A stretch of DNA of 24,116 bases, from positions 1 through 24,116 of the forward strand of contig JBBQPO010000062.1 in the NCBI GenBank assembly GCA_038217285.1, written 5' to 3'. Positions 1 to 7,996 of the stretch are shown piece after piece (position 1 is the stretch's first letter; each line of letters opens with the position of its first letter). This DNA is from Chthonomonadales bacterium (GTDB taxonomy: Bacteria; Armatimonadota; Chthonomonadetes; Chthonomonadales; Chthonomonadaceae). The notes under the pieces were generated by a model. That model searched no databases and was not told the origin of the DNA. It worked only from the letters and a program-made list of their open reading frames with translations. The translations under genes were made by a program, and so were the position numbers.

Positions 1-138
1 AGTTTCCATGCCTATCGTCGTCGTCAGCGTCAAAAGAAGGTCTATGGTTACTGGAAAATCGCCCGACCAGACGAATTGACGACGCCATTACGGTTTGCAG
101 CGTAGACAAAGTTTCACCCAATGAAATGGAACGCACCC
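1..138 (+). mobile_element. Probable right end of an ISKra4-family insertion sequence (transposase C-terminus 1-105, terminal IR ~122-138), cut by the window edge
   Basis: Frame +1 reads SFHAYRRRQRQKKVYGYWKIARPDELTTPLRFAA* (TAG 103-105), resembling remembered ISKra4 transposase C-termini. 122-138 reverse-complements to GGGTGCGTTCCATTTCA, similar to GGGTGCG-starting ISKra4 IRs. Only 34 codons are visible. Confidence 0.4.
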
Positions 139-592
139 AAAAGAAATCGGCCTTGGGCTCATTGAGGCCAGGCAAAACCACGCCGGATACGGCCTTAGGT
201 TCTATAACGACGATGCCGGCAAAACGCCGAAAGTGAGTGGGGTTCATGGTGAGAATGTGAGTAACGCCATGCGCTTGCATAACGGCTACAAGGCGCGCGT
301 CGTAAACTTGTCGTCCGATGATGCTGTAGGTGTCTACGAGGCTGCGCCACAAAGGAAAGATTGCTTCGATCTTTGTGGCTTCAAGACTGGCTTGGGCTGC
401 TGTCATACCCAGGCCGTTTGCTTCCATGGGGCGGGTCGCAAGCGCATGGAACTCAACAATAACTTGCGCTGTAATGTAAAGGACCTCGCCTTGCTGTCTC
501 AATTGGTCTATCGCCTGGTTCACAACGGTATATTGCGGATCGGCGGGCAGCACACGTCTGGCGGCCACATTGGTATCGACAAGATACGCCAT
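1..592 (-). CDS. PIN-domain (VapC-like) toxin; frame stays open to the window edge
   Basis: Not in the ORF track. Manual translation from ATG 592 (TGATG overlap with the antitoxin stop): MAYLVDTNVAARRVLPADPQY...YITAQVIVEFHALATRP..NGLG...GRQVYDARLVAVMQAHGVTHILTMNPTHFRRFAGIVVIEP. Shows the PIN DTN, E and D motifs. PIN similarity ends near 190, and no in-frame stop occurs down to base 2. Confidence 0.85.
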   Translation of the reverse strand, partial: MAYLVDTNVAARRVLPADPQYTVVNQAIDQLRQQGEVLYITAQVIVEFHALATRPMEANGLGMTAAQASLEATKIEAIFPLWRSLVDTYSIIGRQVYDARLVAVMQAHGVTHILTMNPTHFRRFAGIVVIEPKAVSGVVLPGLNEPKADFFWVRSISLGETLSTLQTVMASSIRLVGRFSSNHRPSFDADDDDRHGN

Positions 593-900
593 CAGAACCT
601 GTCCTCATACAGGTTCTCACGGTCGAATGCGGCCTCTGTAAGCACCGGCAGGCTCTTGTTCATCTGGGCAACCTCATCCAGTGCGCCATTGAACTGTTCG
701 CGGGTCGCCGTAAAGTAGAAGTGATTTCGGTCAGGCATGTGCGGCGCAGCGATTCCGTTCTGTCGTTCATTGTCAGCGATTTCCGGCAAATGTGCTGTTA
801 TGAGATTCTTAATGAACTCGGCCGGATCCTGCCTCTTCTGGCGGGCTGCCGCCATCACGCGTTCTTGTTCGGTCGGCGTCAAGTCAATCGTCACGGTCAT
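592..900 (-). CDS. Putative antitoxin (102 aa) for the downstream PIN toxin
   Basis: Small ORF coupled to the PIN gene. N-terminus MTVTIDLTPTEQ resembles the other antitoxins here. GGGAGG RBS and the conserved leader motif lie upstream. Confidence 0.8.
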   Translation of the reverse strand: MTVTIDLTPTEQERVMAAARQKRQDPAEFIKNLITAHLPEIADNERQNGIAAPHMPDRNHFYFTATREQFNGALDEVAQMNKSLPVLTEAAFDRENLYEDRF

Positions 901-1013
901 GGCGACCCTCCCTCTACTGCGGTAGCTTCCTTATTGTACCAGAACTGCTACGGCGCATCCAAGGGATGGAAATAGACTTTGATAGCCTGTTGGTTTTCGA
1001 ACAGGTTGATGGC
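891..1013. repeat. Direct repeat copy A: displaced dehydrogenase 3' end + leader + antitoxin start
   Basis: Aligns by hand to 10486-10619 with 13 mismatches in 123 nt (ignoring the 11-bp duplication in copy B). Minus strand encodes AINLFENQQAIKVYFHPLDAP* versus AIDLLESQQAIKVCFHPWDAP* in the intact gene. Confidence 0.95.
932..945 (-). promoter_or_regulatory. Conserved leader motif GTTCTGGTACAATA, copy 1 (contains extended -10 TGnTACAAT)
   Basis: Exact 14-mer, 31 nt upstream of ATG 900. Confidence 0.75.
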
Positions 1014-1144
1014 GATAAACAGAGCCGATAGCTTGAGGAGGACCAGGACACCTAACGTTATTTCGGCGGCTCCTGACGAGACCTGGTCAGCCTGGTACAA
1101 GATTTGCTTTGGTTCAGAACAACCGGGGCCGATGCGCCTCCGCC

Positions 1145-1477
1145 TTATCTGCGCCGCCTGCGGAGCACGAACCAGACGACGCTCCAGGCCCCTGCCCACG
1201 TTCCTAGAGGCAGACCAACCAGTGTGCCCCAAACAAGGCTGCCGAACATTCTTTCCATATCGATCAACTCGTGTCCGACGGGCAGCAACTGGGCCGCCGC
1301 CAGAAATACCAGCACAAAGCCCACCAGGCCCCCGAGTATGCTCAGTCCGGCGCACGCCGCGCAGGCTGCCCACTGCTGTCCATGGCGCACCAGCACCCGG
1401 CAGGCCGTAAGCACGGGCAAGACGAAACAGATCAGCATGAAAGTGACGATGAAGGCGCTGCCGGAGACTGTTCCCAT
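1145..1477 (-). CDS. Small membrane protein (110 aa, about 3 hydrophobic segments, C-terminal RRRRR)
   Basis: Hydrophobic ORF with GAGGTG RBS and a TATAAT about 30 nt upstream. Confidence 0.65.
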   Translation of the reverse strand: MGTVSGSAFIVTFMLICFVLPVLTACRVLVRHGQQWAACAACAGLSILGGLVGFVLVFLAAAQLLPVGHELIDMERMFGSLVWGTLVGLPLGTWAGAWSVVWFVLRRRRR

Positions 1478-1577
1478 ACCCCACCTCTTCCGCTCAGGAT
1501 GATCCTATTATAGAAGAGATAATGCAGAGGTGCATGGGGCTTTCGGCCTATTTATCAGGTTGTTCCTGAGGGAGAGT

Positions 1578-1877
1578 TCACAGTGTGGCGCGACAACCGC
1601 AGGCAAAGGTGAGGGAAACAGGCGAACTGTACTCGTCTGTTTGTCCGTCATGATAGTGGTGGACACGGTTGGTAGTGGGGTCGAAAATGACGATGTCGCG
1701 AATACCCTGGGTGAGATAGAAGGGGAGGCTGATCTCGGTGTCTTTCTTTTCGTAGCCTTTGCTGAGGATCTCGATGACGGCTTCCGGGATCATTTCGCAC
1801 ATCGTATCTTCCTCGGCAGGTTCCTCGCAAAAAATCGAAATGTCCGGGCGTTTCGTAGAGCCATCAGGAAAGAGAAT
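1578..1877 (-). pseudogene. 3' part of a Uma2-family PD-(D/E)XK endonuclease gene interrupted by an IS
   Basis: Reads ILFPDGSTKRPDISIFCEEP...IPEAVIEILSKGYEKKD...FYLTQGIRDIVIFDP (Uma2 PD, VIEILS and DP motifs). Begins exactly at the IS right end. Confidence 0.9.
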
Positions 1878-2050
1878 GTGACAACTCCCCAGCGATAAAT
1901 CGCGGGGCTTCTATCCTGTCAAGCAGGAACGCTGTGTTGCCCCACAACGATTTTTAGGAGATACAAGGCGGCGATTAGGATATTCCGAGCGGCGTTCACG
2001 TCCCGATCCAGCACAAGGCAGCAGCAGGGGCAGACATGTACGCGAACGGC
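1858..2050 (-). ncRNA. Predicted TnpB reRNA (omega RNA); guide about ATTCTCTTTCCTGATGGCTC; 5' boundary approximate
   Basis: Established TnpB biology: the scaffold overlaps the tnpB 3' end and right end, and the guide is the flank beyond the right end (1877 downward). Confidence 0.6.
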
Positions 2051-3121
2051 AAGCGTCTTGCGCTTATCCTTTTCGGGCCGGCAGCCACAGCCGGAGCAGT
2101 CCTGAGAGGTGTGAGCAGGATTGACCGCGATCACTTCACGAGCAGCGTTTTCAGCTTTCTGCGTGAGGAGAGCACGGAACATACTCCAACTGGCGTCGGC
2201 TATGGATTTGTTGAGTCCGCCCTTCGCGGCGGCTCCGTTGGGAAGAAACTGTCCGAGGTTTTCCGGGTCCGGTTTCGCTTTGGGCGTCGCCATCATATTT
2301 TCGACATGGAGTTCTTCGACGGCGATAAGGCCGAAGCGGTTGACGAGTTTGCGGGCGAGTTGGTGAACGAAATCGTGACGGCGGTTTTTGATGCGCTCAT
2401 GGATACGGCCAATGACCTTCTTAGCTTTCCTTCGCGCGGGGCTTCGATGCTTGTTCTTCACCTTATCGAACTTGTGCTGAGCCTTCGCAAGTTCCTGTTG
2501 CTCGTTGCGGAAGAAGCGGGGATTTTCGATAATCTCTCCGTTCGAGAGAGCGGCAAACTTCGATAGTCCAACGTCAATACCGATCTTTTCTGCGGAGGCA
2601 GGAAGTGGTTCGGCTTCAACTTCGCAGGAAAAGAAGACATACCATTTCTCGCCTTGACGCTGAACAGTGCAGGTCTTGACTTTGCCGTCTACGCGCCGAT
2701 GCAGAACCGCTTTGAGGGTTCCGATCTTGGAAAGATAAACGGATTGCTCCAACACCTTGAAACCGGCCTGCGGATAGGTGATGCTGTCGTATTGGCCTTT
2801 ACTCTTGAAGCGCGGATAACCGGGAGTTTCCCCTGCCTTCACACGCCGGAAGAAGGCTTGGAAGGCGAGGTCAACACGCTTGGCAACGTTCTGCAAAACC
2901 TGACTGAAAACGTCGTAAAGTTCGGGATGAGCGTCCTTCCACAGGGGAAGGTGTTTCTGTTGATCGTAGCAAGAAGGCGACTTTCCGCAGAGTTCAAAGT
3001 CGTGCTTACGTTGGCTGAGGAGGCTGTTATAGACTTCCCGACACGTTTCCAAAGTCTCCCGCAAGGTCGTTTCCTGCGCGGGGGTCGGATACAATCTGAA
3101 CTTGAAAGTTTTCCTGTTCAT
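1919..3121 (-). CDS. tnpB: RNA-guided endonuclease TnpB (400 aa)
   Basis: N-terminal FKFRLYPT, RuvC-I GIDVG, RuvC-II AVEEL, zinc finger CSGC/CPCC, RuvC-III DRDVNAARNI. All three catalytic acidic residues are present. Confidence 0.96.
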   Translation of the reverse strand: MNRKTFKFRLYPTPAQETTLRETLETCREVYNSLLSQRKHDFELCGKSPSCYDQQKHLPLWKDAHPELYDVFSQVLQNVAKRVDLAFQAFFRRVKAGETPGYPRFKSKGQYDSITYPQAGFKVLEQSVYLSKIGTLKAVLHRRVDGKVKTCTVQRQGEKWYVFFSCEVEAEPLPASAEKIGIDVGLSKFAALSNGEIIENPRFFRNEQQELAKAQHKFDKVKNKHRSPARRKAKKVIGRIHERIKNRRHDFVHQLARKLVNRFGLIAVEELHVENMMATPKAKPDPENLGQFLPNGAAAKGGLNKSIADASWSMFRALLTQKAENAAREVIAVNPAHTSQDCSGCGCRPEKDKRKTLAVRVHVCPCCCLVLDRDVNAARNILIAALYLLKIVVGQHSVPA

Positions 3122-3128
3122 CCTCTAT

Positions 3129-3157
3129 AATATACAGACAAACGCACATTTGTGCAA
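3129..3157 (-). promoter_or_regulatory. Predicted sigma70-type promoter of tnpB
   Basis: TTGCAC-17 nt-TATATT just upstream of ATG 3121. The -35 overlaps the inverted repeat TGCAAGT-N6-ACTTGCA (3153-3172). Confidence 0.55.
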
Positions 3158-3258
3158 GTTTATAGACTTGCAAAGCCCGATGCTGAGACATCGGTTTCGC
3201 AACACGATGACGCCGTATCCCCATGGATGAATCAAGGGGCATTGGCATTATGGATTTG

Positions 3259-3450
3259 GTAAATATCTGCATAGTGGATACAGCCGTATCCGCCTGCGTC
3301 CTGGTGAGTAGTCGTTATGCTTGCACGAATCCGATCCGTGATACGCTGATGCCGGATCACGGGCGAAGCTTCCCAGATGGGAATACCGCTGACGTATTCC
3401 AACCGGATGCCCAGCTCCTCTGCACGCTGTTCCATTGCTGCCGTAAGCAT
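3259..3450 (-). pseudogene. 5' part (64 codons) of the interrupted Uma2-family endonuclease gene
   Basis: MLTAAMEQRAEELGIRLEYVSGIPIWEASPVIRHQRI...GCIHYADIY (Uma2 E-x-x-x-G...SP...H motif) with GAGGAG RBS. Joined to 1877 it gives ADIY|ILFPDG, 163 aa. Confidence 0.9.
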
Positions 3451-3483
3451 CGTTTCTCCTCAGCTACATTAGCGATCATTTTT

Positions 3484-3497
3484 TATTGTACCAGAAC
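3484..3497 (-). promoter_or_regulatory. Conserved leader motif GTTCTGGTACAATA, copy 2
   Basis: Exact 14-mer, 33 nt upstream of Uma2 ATG 3450. Confidence 0.75.
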
Positions 3498-3613
3498 GGA
3501 TGCAGTGTATCCCAGGAAGTGCGCTCGGTACAAGGATTCCGGCTGCGCCGCAACGAAAAGCCTTTCGACGAGCGCCGCCGCCCGATCGTACCGGACAGAG
3601 GAGAACCCACACC

Positions 3614-6583
3614 GTGCGTTATCGAACAACCTGTTTCACGGTATTGCGCGCAGGTGGGCTCGGGGTTTTTGTCGCACTAGCCCTGGTCTGTCTGTGGCCA
3701 CACGCCTCCGCAGCACAGGGCGCGCTGCCGGTGAAGTGGATATACGCCCCGATGACCGAGGTCGATGGCGTGGCCTATTCGCCGGACGGAACACGGCTGG
3801 CCCTGGTGGGCGTCTACCACGGCAAAGATCCCATCGTCCAGATTCATACCGTTGCAGGCAGAGCGGTCATCTGCCTTCCGACTTCCGCCAATGAGGCTGT
3901 GCATGCCGTCGCCTTCTCTCCGGACGGTAAGACACTCGCGGTCGGCGGGTTGCGGCATCGTTACTCCCTCGACCTCGCCACGGTCGCTTATACAGGCGTG
4001 CTTGAGTTGTGGAACGTCTCCACCGGCAAACGCATCGCTGCGCTCGATACTGCGGCCAATAGCAGCGGCGCGGCTCTGCTGGTCACAGGAGGCGTACAGT
4101 CGGTCGCGTTCTCTCCGGACGGCACGACGCTCGCAGACGGCGGCTACAGCGGCACGGCAAGCAGCGCTGGCAGCGTCGTCGAGTTGTGGGACGTCGCGAC
4201 GCGGCAGCGGACCGCCATGCTCAGCACCGCCGCGAATGCGGGCATCTCCTCCGTCGCCTTCTCCCCCGACGGCAGCACACTCGCCGACGGCGGCGTCAGC
4301 GTCAACACCGCGACCGGCGCGAATAGCGGCGTGCTGGAACTCTGGAGCCTCTCCGGCAACAATCTCCTCGAATCGCTCGGCACCGCGGCCAATACCGGGG
4401 TGCGCTCGGTCGCCTTCTCCCCAGACGGCAAGACGCTCGCGGCCAGCGGCCAGAACTATAACGTCGCGACCGGCGTCTCCAGCGGCGTCCTGGAACTGTG
4501 GAGCGTCGCGACCAGCGCACTCACGAAGAGCCTGGGCACCGCAGCCGCCTCGGGCGTGAACGGGGTCGCTTTCTCCCCCGACGGCAGCACACTGGCAGCC
4601 GGAGGCTCCAGCGGCGCGGCAGGCCAGTCCAGCACCGTGCTGGAGTTGTGGAGCGTCCCCGGCGGCACACGGATCACCAAACTCTCCGCAGCAGACCTCG
4701 TCCACGCGGTCGCCTTCTCCCCCGACGGCAAAACGCTCGCCGACGGCGGCGTGTTGAATGTTGGCGAATATGGCGTGGCCCACCGCTGGAACGTCTCGAC
4801 CGGCACGCTCCTCGAAACGGTAAACACGGTCGCTATTGGTAACGTCCAGTCCATCGCCTTCTCCCCGGATGGGAAGACCCTCGCCTCCACCGAGGGGGGT
4901 TACGACTCTCTGGGTAAGTATTTTACAGCGATCAATCTGCGGAGCATCTCCACCGGCGTTCTGCTCACCTCGCTGCCGACCGCCGCCAACGACTTCGCCC
5001 CCTCGGTCGCCTTCTCCCCGGATGGAAACACCCTCGCCATCGGAGGAACGAACTACACCGAGACCCCGACCGGCCCGACCTATAAAGGGGTGCTGGAACT
5101 ATGGAACGTCTCGACCGGGAAACGCATCGCATCGCTCCCCACCGCTGCCAACGGTATCGTCAAATCGGTCGCCTTCTCTCCGAATGGACGCAGACTCGCC
5201 ATCGGCGGAGCGAACTCCATTCCCGGCCTCGTGCCCTCTCCCGTTCTGGAGATGTGGAACGTCTCCACCGCGACGTTGATCACCTCGCAGACCCGCTCTG
5301 ATCCGGGCGGGGGCTACACCTCCGTTGTCTTCTCTCCGGACGGGGCGACGCTTGGGGTCGGCGGCTTTGGTGGCACACTGGAGATCTGGGATGTCGGCCG
5401 CGCCGTGCGGACGGCCAGCATCAAAACGGCCGCCGACGGCGCTGTCTACGCAGTCGCCTTCTCCCCGGATGGCAGGACGCTCGCGGCTGGCGGCGCCTTA
5501 CGGGCTACGCGTGCCGCCGTGCTCGAGCTATGGGATCTGCCCACCGGTGCGCGGCGCGCGTCTCCGGCGCCTGTTCCCGGCGATTATAAGGTCTCCTCGC
5601 TCGCCTTCGCACCGCGCGGCAACGTTCTGTTCGTGGGCACCGACGCCAACCTGCAGATCTTCAATACGGTGACCGGCGGGCTGCTGAGCTACGATTTCCA
5701 GTATACGAACTCCGACGGCCCCGAATCGATAGCCGTCTCCCGCGATGGCAGACTTCTGGCCTACGGCACAGGCACAGGTACGCTCGCGATCGCTCCGGCG
5801 CCCTATTCCCGCACCTTTCTGGACTTCAACGGCGACGGCCTCACCGACCTGCTCCTGCAGAACGCCACGACCGGCGCGATAGCCGCCTGGTATATGAACG
5901 GCGGCAGTCAGGCAGGCAGCGCACCCTTCTCCCTCAGCCCCTCCCCAGACTACGCTCTGGTCGGTGTCGGAGATTTCGCCGGAGACGGAACCGCCGCGCT
6001 CGTTCTGCAGAACCGCGCCGACGATACCATTGCTCTCTGGTACACCGGAGGACTCAATAGTACGCTCATCACCGGCGCAGACTATATCCGTCCCAACCCG
6101 CTGCCGGGATGGAAGGTGGTGGGCGTCGGCGACTTCAACGGCGACGGCAAGTCCGACCTTGTCTTCCAGAACCGAACCACGAATCAGATCGTGATCTGGT
6201 TTATGGACGGTCCCGTCTATCAGGGCGGCGCGAGGCTGCCGTATACTCCGCCGGCCGACTGGCAGGTCGTGGGCACCGGAGACTTCAATGGGGACGGCTA
6301 CGCCGATCTGGTGTTTCAGAACCAGACCTCCGGTCAGATCGTCGTCTGGTATATGAACGGTGTCACTTATTTGGGAGGAACCGCGCTCGCCAACGTTCCC
6401 GATCCGGGCTGGAGGGTCGTGGGGATAGGGGACTACAACCAGGATGGCTCTCCAGATCTGCTCCTGCAGAACCGGACCACCAACCAGGCAGCCGTATGGT
6501 ACTTCCAGAACAGCATGTTGCAGGGCAGCGCCGGCCTCTCCGCCATCCCACCGCCAGGATGGCAGATCGTCGGTCCTCGCTGA
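3614..6583 (+). CDS. Secreted WD40-repeat protein (14 repeats) with 5 C-terminal FG-GAP/VCBS-like repeats
   Basis: 14 counted AFSPDG-type repeats and 5 (G)DFNGDG..DL-type repeats. Signal-peptide-like N-terminus ending ASA-AQ. GTG 3614 follows AGGAGA and is in frame with the ORF opening at 3500. Confidence 0.9.
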   Translation: MRYRTTCFTVLRAGGLGVFVALALVCLWPHASAAQGALPVKWIYAPMTEVDGVAYSPDGTRLALVGVYHGKDPIVQIHTVAGRAVICLPTSANEAVHAVAFSPDGKTLAVGGLRHRYSLDLATVAYTGVLELWNVSTGKRIAALDTAANSSGAALLVTGGVQSVAFSPDGTTLADGGYSGTASSAGSVVELWDVATRQRTAMLSTAANAGISSVAFSPDGSTLADGGVSVNTATGANSGVLELWSLSGNNLLESLGTAANTGVRSVAFSPDGKTLAASGQNYNVATGVSSGVLELWSVATSALTKSLGTAAASGVNGVAFSPDGSTLAAGGSSGAAGQSSTVLELWSVPGGTRITKLSAADLVHAVAFSPDGKTLADGGVLNVGEYGVAHRWNVSTGTLLETVNTVAIGNVQSIAFSPDGKTLASTEGGYDSLGKYFTAINLRSISTGVLLTSLPTAANDFAPSVAFSPDGNTLAIGGTNYTETPTGPTYKGVLELWNVSTGKRIASLPTAANGIVKSVAFSPNGRRLAIGGANSIPGLVPSPVLEMWNVSTATLITSQTRSDPGGGYTSVVFSPDGATLGVGGFGGTLEIWDVGRAVRTASIKTAADGAVYAVAFSPDGRTLAAGGALRATRAAVLELWDLPTGARRASPAPVPGDYKVSSLAFAPRGNVLFVGTDANLQIFNTVTGGLLSYDFQYTNSDGPESIAVSRDGRLLAYGTGTGTLAIAPAPYSRTFLDFNGDGLTDLLLQNATTGAIAAWYMNGGSQAGSAPFSLSPSPDYALVGVGDFAGDGTAALVLQNRADDTIALWYTGGLNSTLITGADYIRPNPLPGWKVVGVGDFNGDGKSDLVFQNRTTNQIVIWFMDGPVYQGGARLPYTPPADWQVVGTGDFNGDGYADLVFQNQTSGQIVVWYMNGVTYLGGTALANVPDPGWRVVGIGDYNQDGSPDLLLQNRTTNQAAVWYFQNSMLQGSAGLSAIPPPGWQIVGPR

Positions 6584-6686
6584 CCGCGCCAAAACGACTA
6601 CGACGCGTCCCACGGCGTAAAGGTCTTGCCTTCTCTTCCCCAGGAAGCGAGCCTGCCGGATCGTCGGAGCGCAATCTGTTCGGTGG

Positions 6687-7142
6687 TTATGGGAGGATGT
6701 GGGTCCAGAGATCGGCGGAAACGAAGCGAGAGATATGGGCGACGTTCGAAGTCGCGACGATAACATCAGAGGAGGGAGCCGCAAGCGTTTTTGCCTGGGC
6801 AGCGAGGATCACATCGATGTCCAGCTTTTTCGGGTCGCCGGTCGGAACACCAGTACGCCGTGAGTAGGCCCAAAGGTCGGCGGCGAGCAGTATGGCTTCC
6901 GTCGTGATCGGAAGGTAGGAGAAGAGCGTCTTCAAGCCATCCAGTTTGGCAACGCCATTTGTCTTGTTCGCCCGTAGAAGTTCACGGCGCAATTCGTAGT
7001 CGATAACTTCCGGGATGTAGAGACGATCACCGGCGACCAGTAGCGCTCGGCTCCATCGAGTGATAGCCAGAACTTCCGTGCTGCCGGAGGGACTGGATAA
7101 GAGGCTCAATGGAGAAGAATCAAGGACAATGTGGCGGATCAT
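6687..7142 (-). CDS. PIN-domain toxin-like protein (151 aa), intact
   Basis: IVLDSSPL...IPEVIDYELRRELLR...LDIDVILAAQA...VATSNVAH. ATGA overlap with the upstream antitoxin. Confidence 0.88.
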   Translation of the reverse strand: MIRHIVLDSSPLSLLSSPSGSTEVLAITRWSRALLVAGDRLYIPEVIDYELRRELLRANKTNGVAKLDGLKTLFSYLPITTEAILLAADLWAYSRRTGVPTGDPKKLDIDVILAAQAKTLAAPSSDVIVATSNVAHISRFVSADLWTHILP

Positions 7143-7465
7143 GGGAAGACAAGTCTCTCGCCTAAAGCGGCGCGGTTGGCGTTCAGATTGCGCTTTAGCT
7201 CTTCAAGTTCCCGCTCGGCCTGCCGTTTCGTCTGCTCATCAGCACCGGTGCCTTCGGCGATCCAAGAATCAAGGAGTGCGATGGCGGCTGCGTTCTTCGC
7301 ACTGATGACGTGCGCGGACTGTTCTGCCTCTTTTTGCATTGGGATTGGAGGCAACTGCGCGTCAATCAGTCGCTTGACGATTTCCGCAGGCGGCAATCCA
7401 AGTTGTGAGGCCTGGTCAGCAAGCCAGGCTTCCTCACGAGGGGTGACGTCGATGTGTAGGGTCAT
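7139..7465 (-). CDS. Putative antitoxin (108 aa), paralog of 10166-10495
   Basis: ATG 7465 after GGAGG. MTLHIDVTPREEAWL...ELEELKRNLNANRAALGERLVFP. Coupled to the PIN gene. Confidence 0.82.
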   Translation of the reverse strand: MTLHIDVTPREEAWLADQASQLGLPPAEIVKRLIDAQLPPIPMQKEAEQSAHVISAKNAAAIALLDSWIAEGTGADEQTKRQAERELEELKRNLNANRAALGERLVFP

Positions 7466-7478
7466 TGTATGCCTCCAT

Positions 7479-7661
7479 TCACAGTAATCGTTTCTCGTAT
7501 TGTACCAGAACTCTCGGTACGAGGATCCGTAGCGGTAGGCGCCCGATCCCAGGAGCATTGACGCCCACACATGGCCGGGCCTTGTGGATCTCTGCGCCGC
7601 GCGTAGGATTCAAATCGATTCGCCATATTTCGCCGCGTTGTGGATCAGGGGGTGGTCTCAT
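7479..7661 (-). pseudogene. Truncated PemK/MazF-family toxin (family similarity ends at ~7515)
   Basis: PQRGEIWRIDLNPTRGAEIHKARPCV...GRLPLRILVP is a typical MazF N-terminal half. It then reads into the leader motif and stops at 60 aa. Confidence 0.88.
7498..7511 (-). promoter_or_regulatory. Conserved leader motif GTTCTGGTACAATA, copy 3
   Basis: Exact 14-mer, 32 nt upstream of ATG 7465. Abuts the mazF breakpoint. Confidence 0.75.
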
Positions 7662-7953
7662 GGAAAGGCCCCCCTTCCAAACTACTGAAGGCGGTTAGTT
7701 CGCGTTCTGAGGGAGGCCGCGCCAAGTCGGCGATATACAGCGGTGCGGCGTCCTCAGCCTGAAGCGCCAGCAAACGGTTGCGTTCTTCATGAGGAAGCGT
7801 TCGCAATGTAAGGGGATCAGCGCAGCGTGCCATGCGGGCGATGATGGCTTGAACATAGACTTCCAGCGTCAGCCCCTGCTGTCGGGCCTGCGCCTGAAGG
7901 TGATTTTGCTCATCGGTTTCCAAGTTGACGGTTAAGTGTAGCGTCACAGACAT
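7645..7953 (-). CDS. Putative antitoxin of the MazF-like toxin (102 aa)
   Basis: ATG 7953 after AAGGAG. Overlaps the mazF start by 17 nt. N-terminus (LTVNLETDEQNHLQAQARQQGL) resembles the other antitoxins. Confidence 0.75.
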   Translation of the reverse strand: MSVTLHLTVNLETDEQNHLQAQARQQGLTLEVYVQAIIARMARCADPLTLRTLPHEERNRLLALQAEDAAPLYIADLARPPSERELTAFSSLEGGPFHETTP

Positions 7954-7996
7954 GAGTTTCTCCTTTCCCAATCGCTGCCTTCAACTTCCTGTCCCC

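Larger units (their letters stand above)
1878..3258 (-). mobile_element. IS200/IS605-family element, tnpB-only (IS1341-like, non-autonomous), 1381 bp
   Basis: Minus-strand left end TTTAC|CAAATCCATAATGCC-AATG-CCCCTTGATTCATCCATGGGG (IS608-like layout, hairpin 3219-3239). Right end GAAG-CCCCGCGATTTATCGCTGGGG-AGTTG-TCAC| (hairpin 1887-1907). No target duplication. Removal restores the Uma2 frame. No room for tnpA. Confidence 0.93.

Noticed and set aside
233-718. 161-aa plus-strand ORF
   Set aside because: Antisense shadow of the PIN toxin and antitoxin genes.
948-1484. 178-aa minus-strand ORF ending FHPLDAP
   Set aside because: Chimeric frame: only the last 21 aa are the displaced dehydrogenase tail, and it overlaps the better 1145-1477 ORF.
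1878-3258. TnpB as Cas12f/CRISPR effector, TldR or IStron
   Set aside because: No array or cas genes, catalytic residues intact, and only 137 bp between the left end and ATG, too short for a group I intron.
3760-5760. Nucleotide repeats in the WD40 gene as CRISPR or DGR
   Set aside because: They are in-frame coding repeats. No reverse transcriptase or TR/VR pair is seen.
7466-7570. N-terminal extension of the 143-aa ORF
   Set aside because: It overlaps the mazF remnant and the leader. RBS and paralog support ATG 7465.
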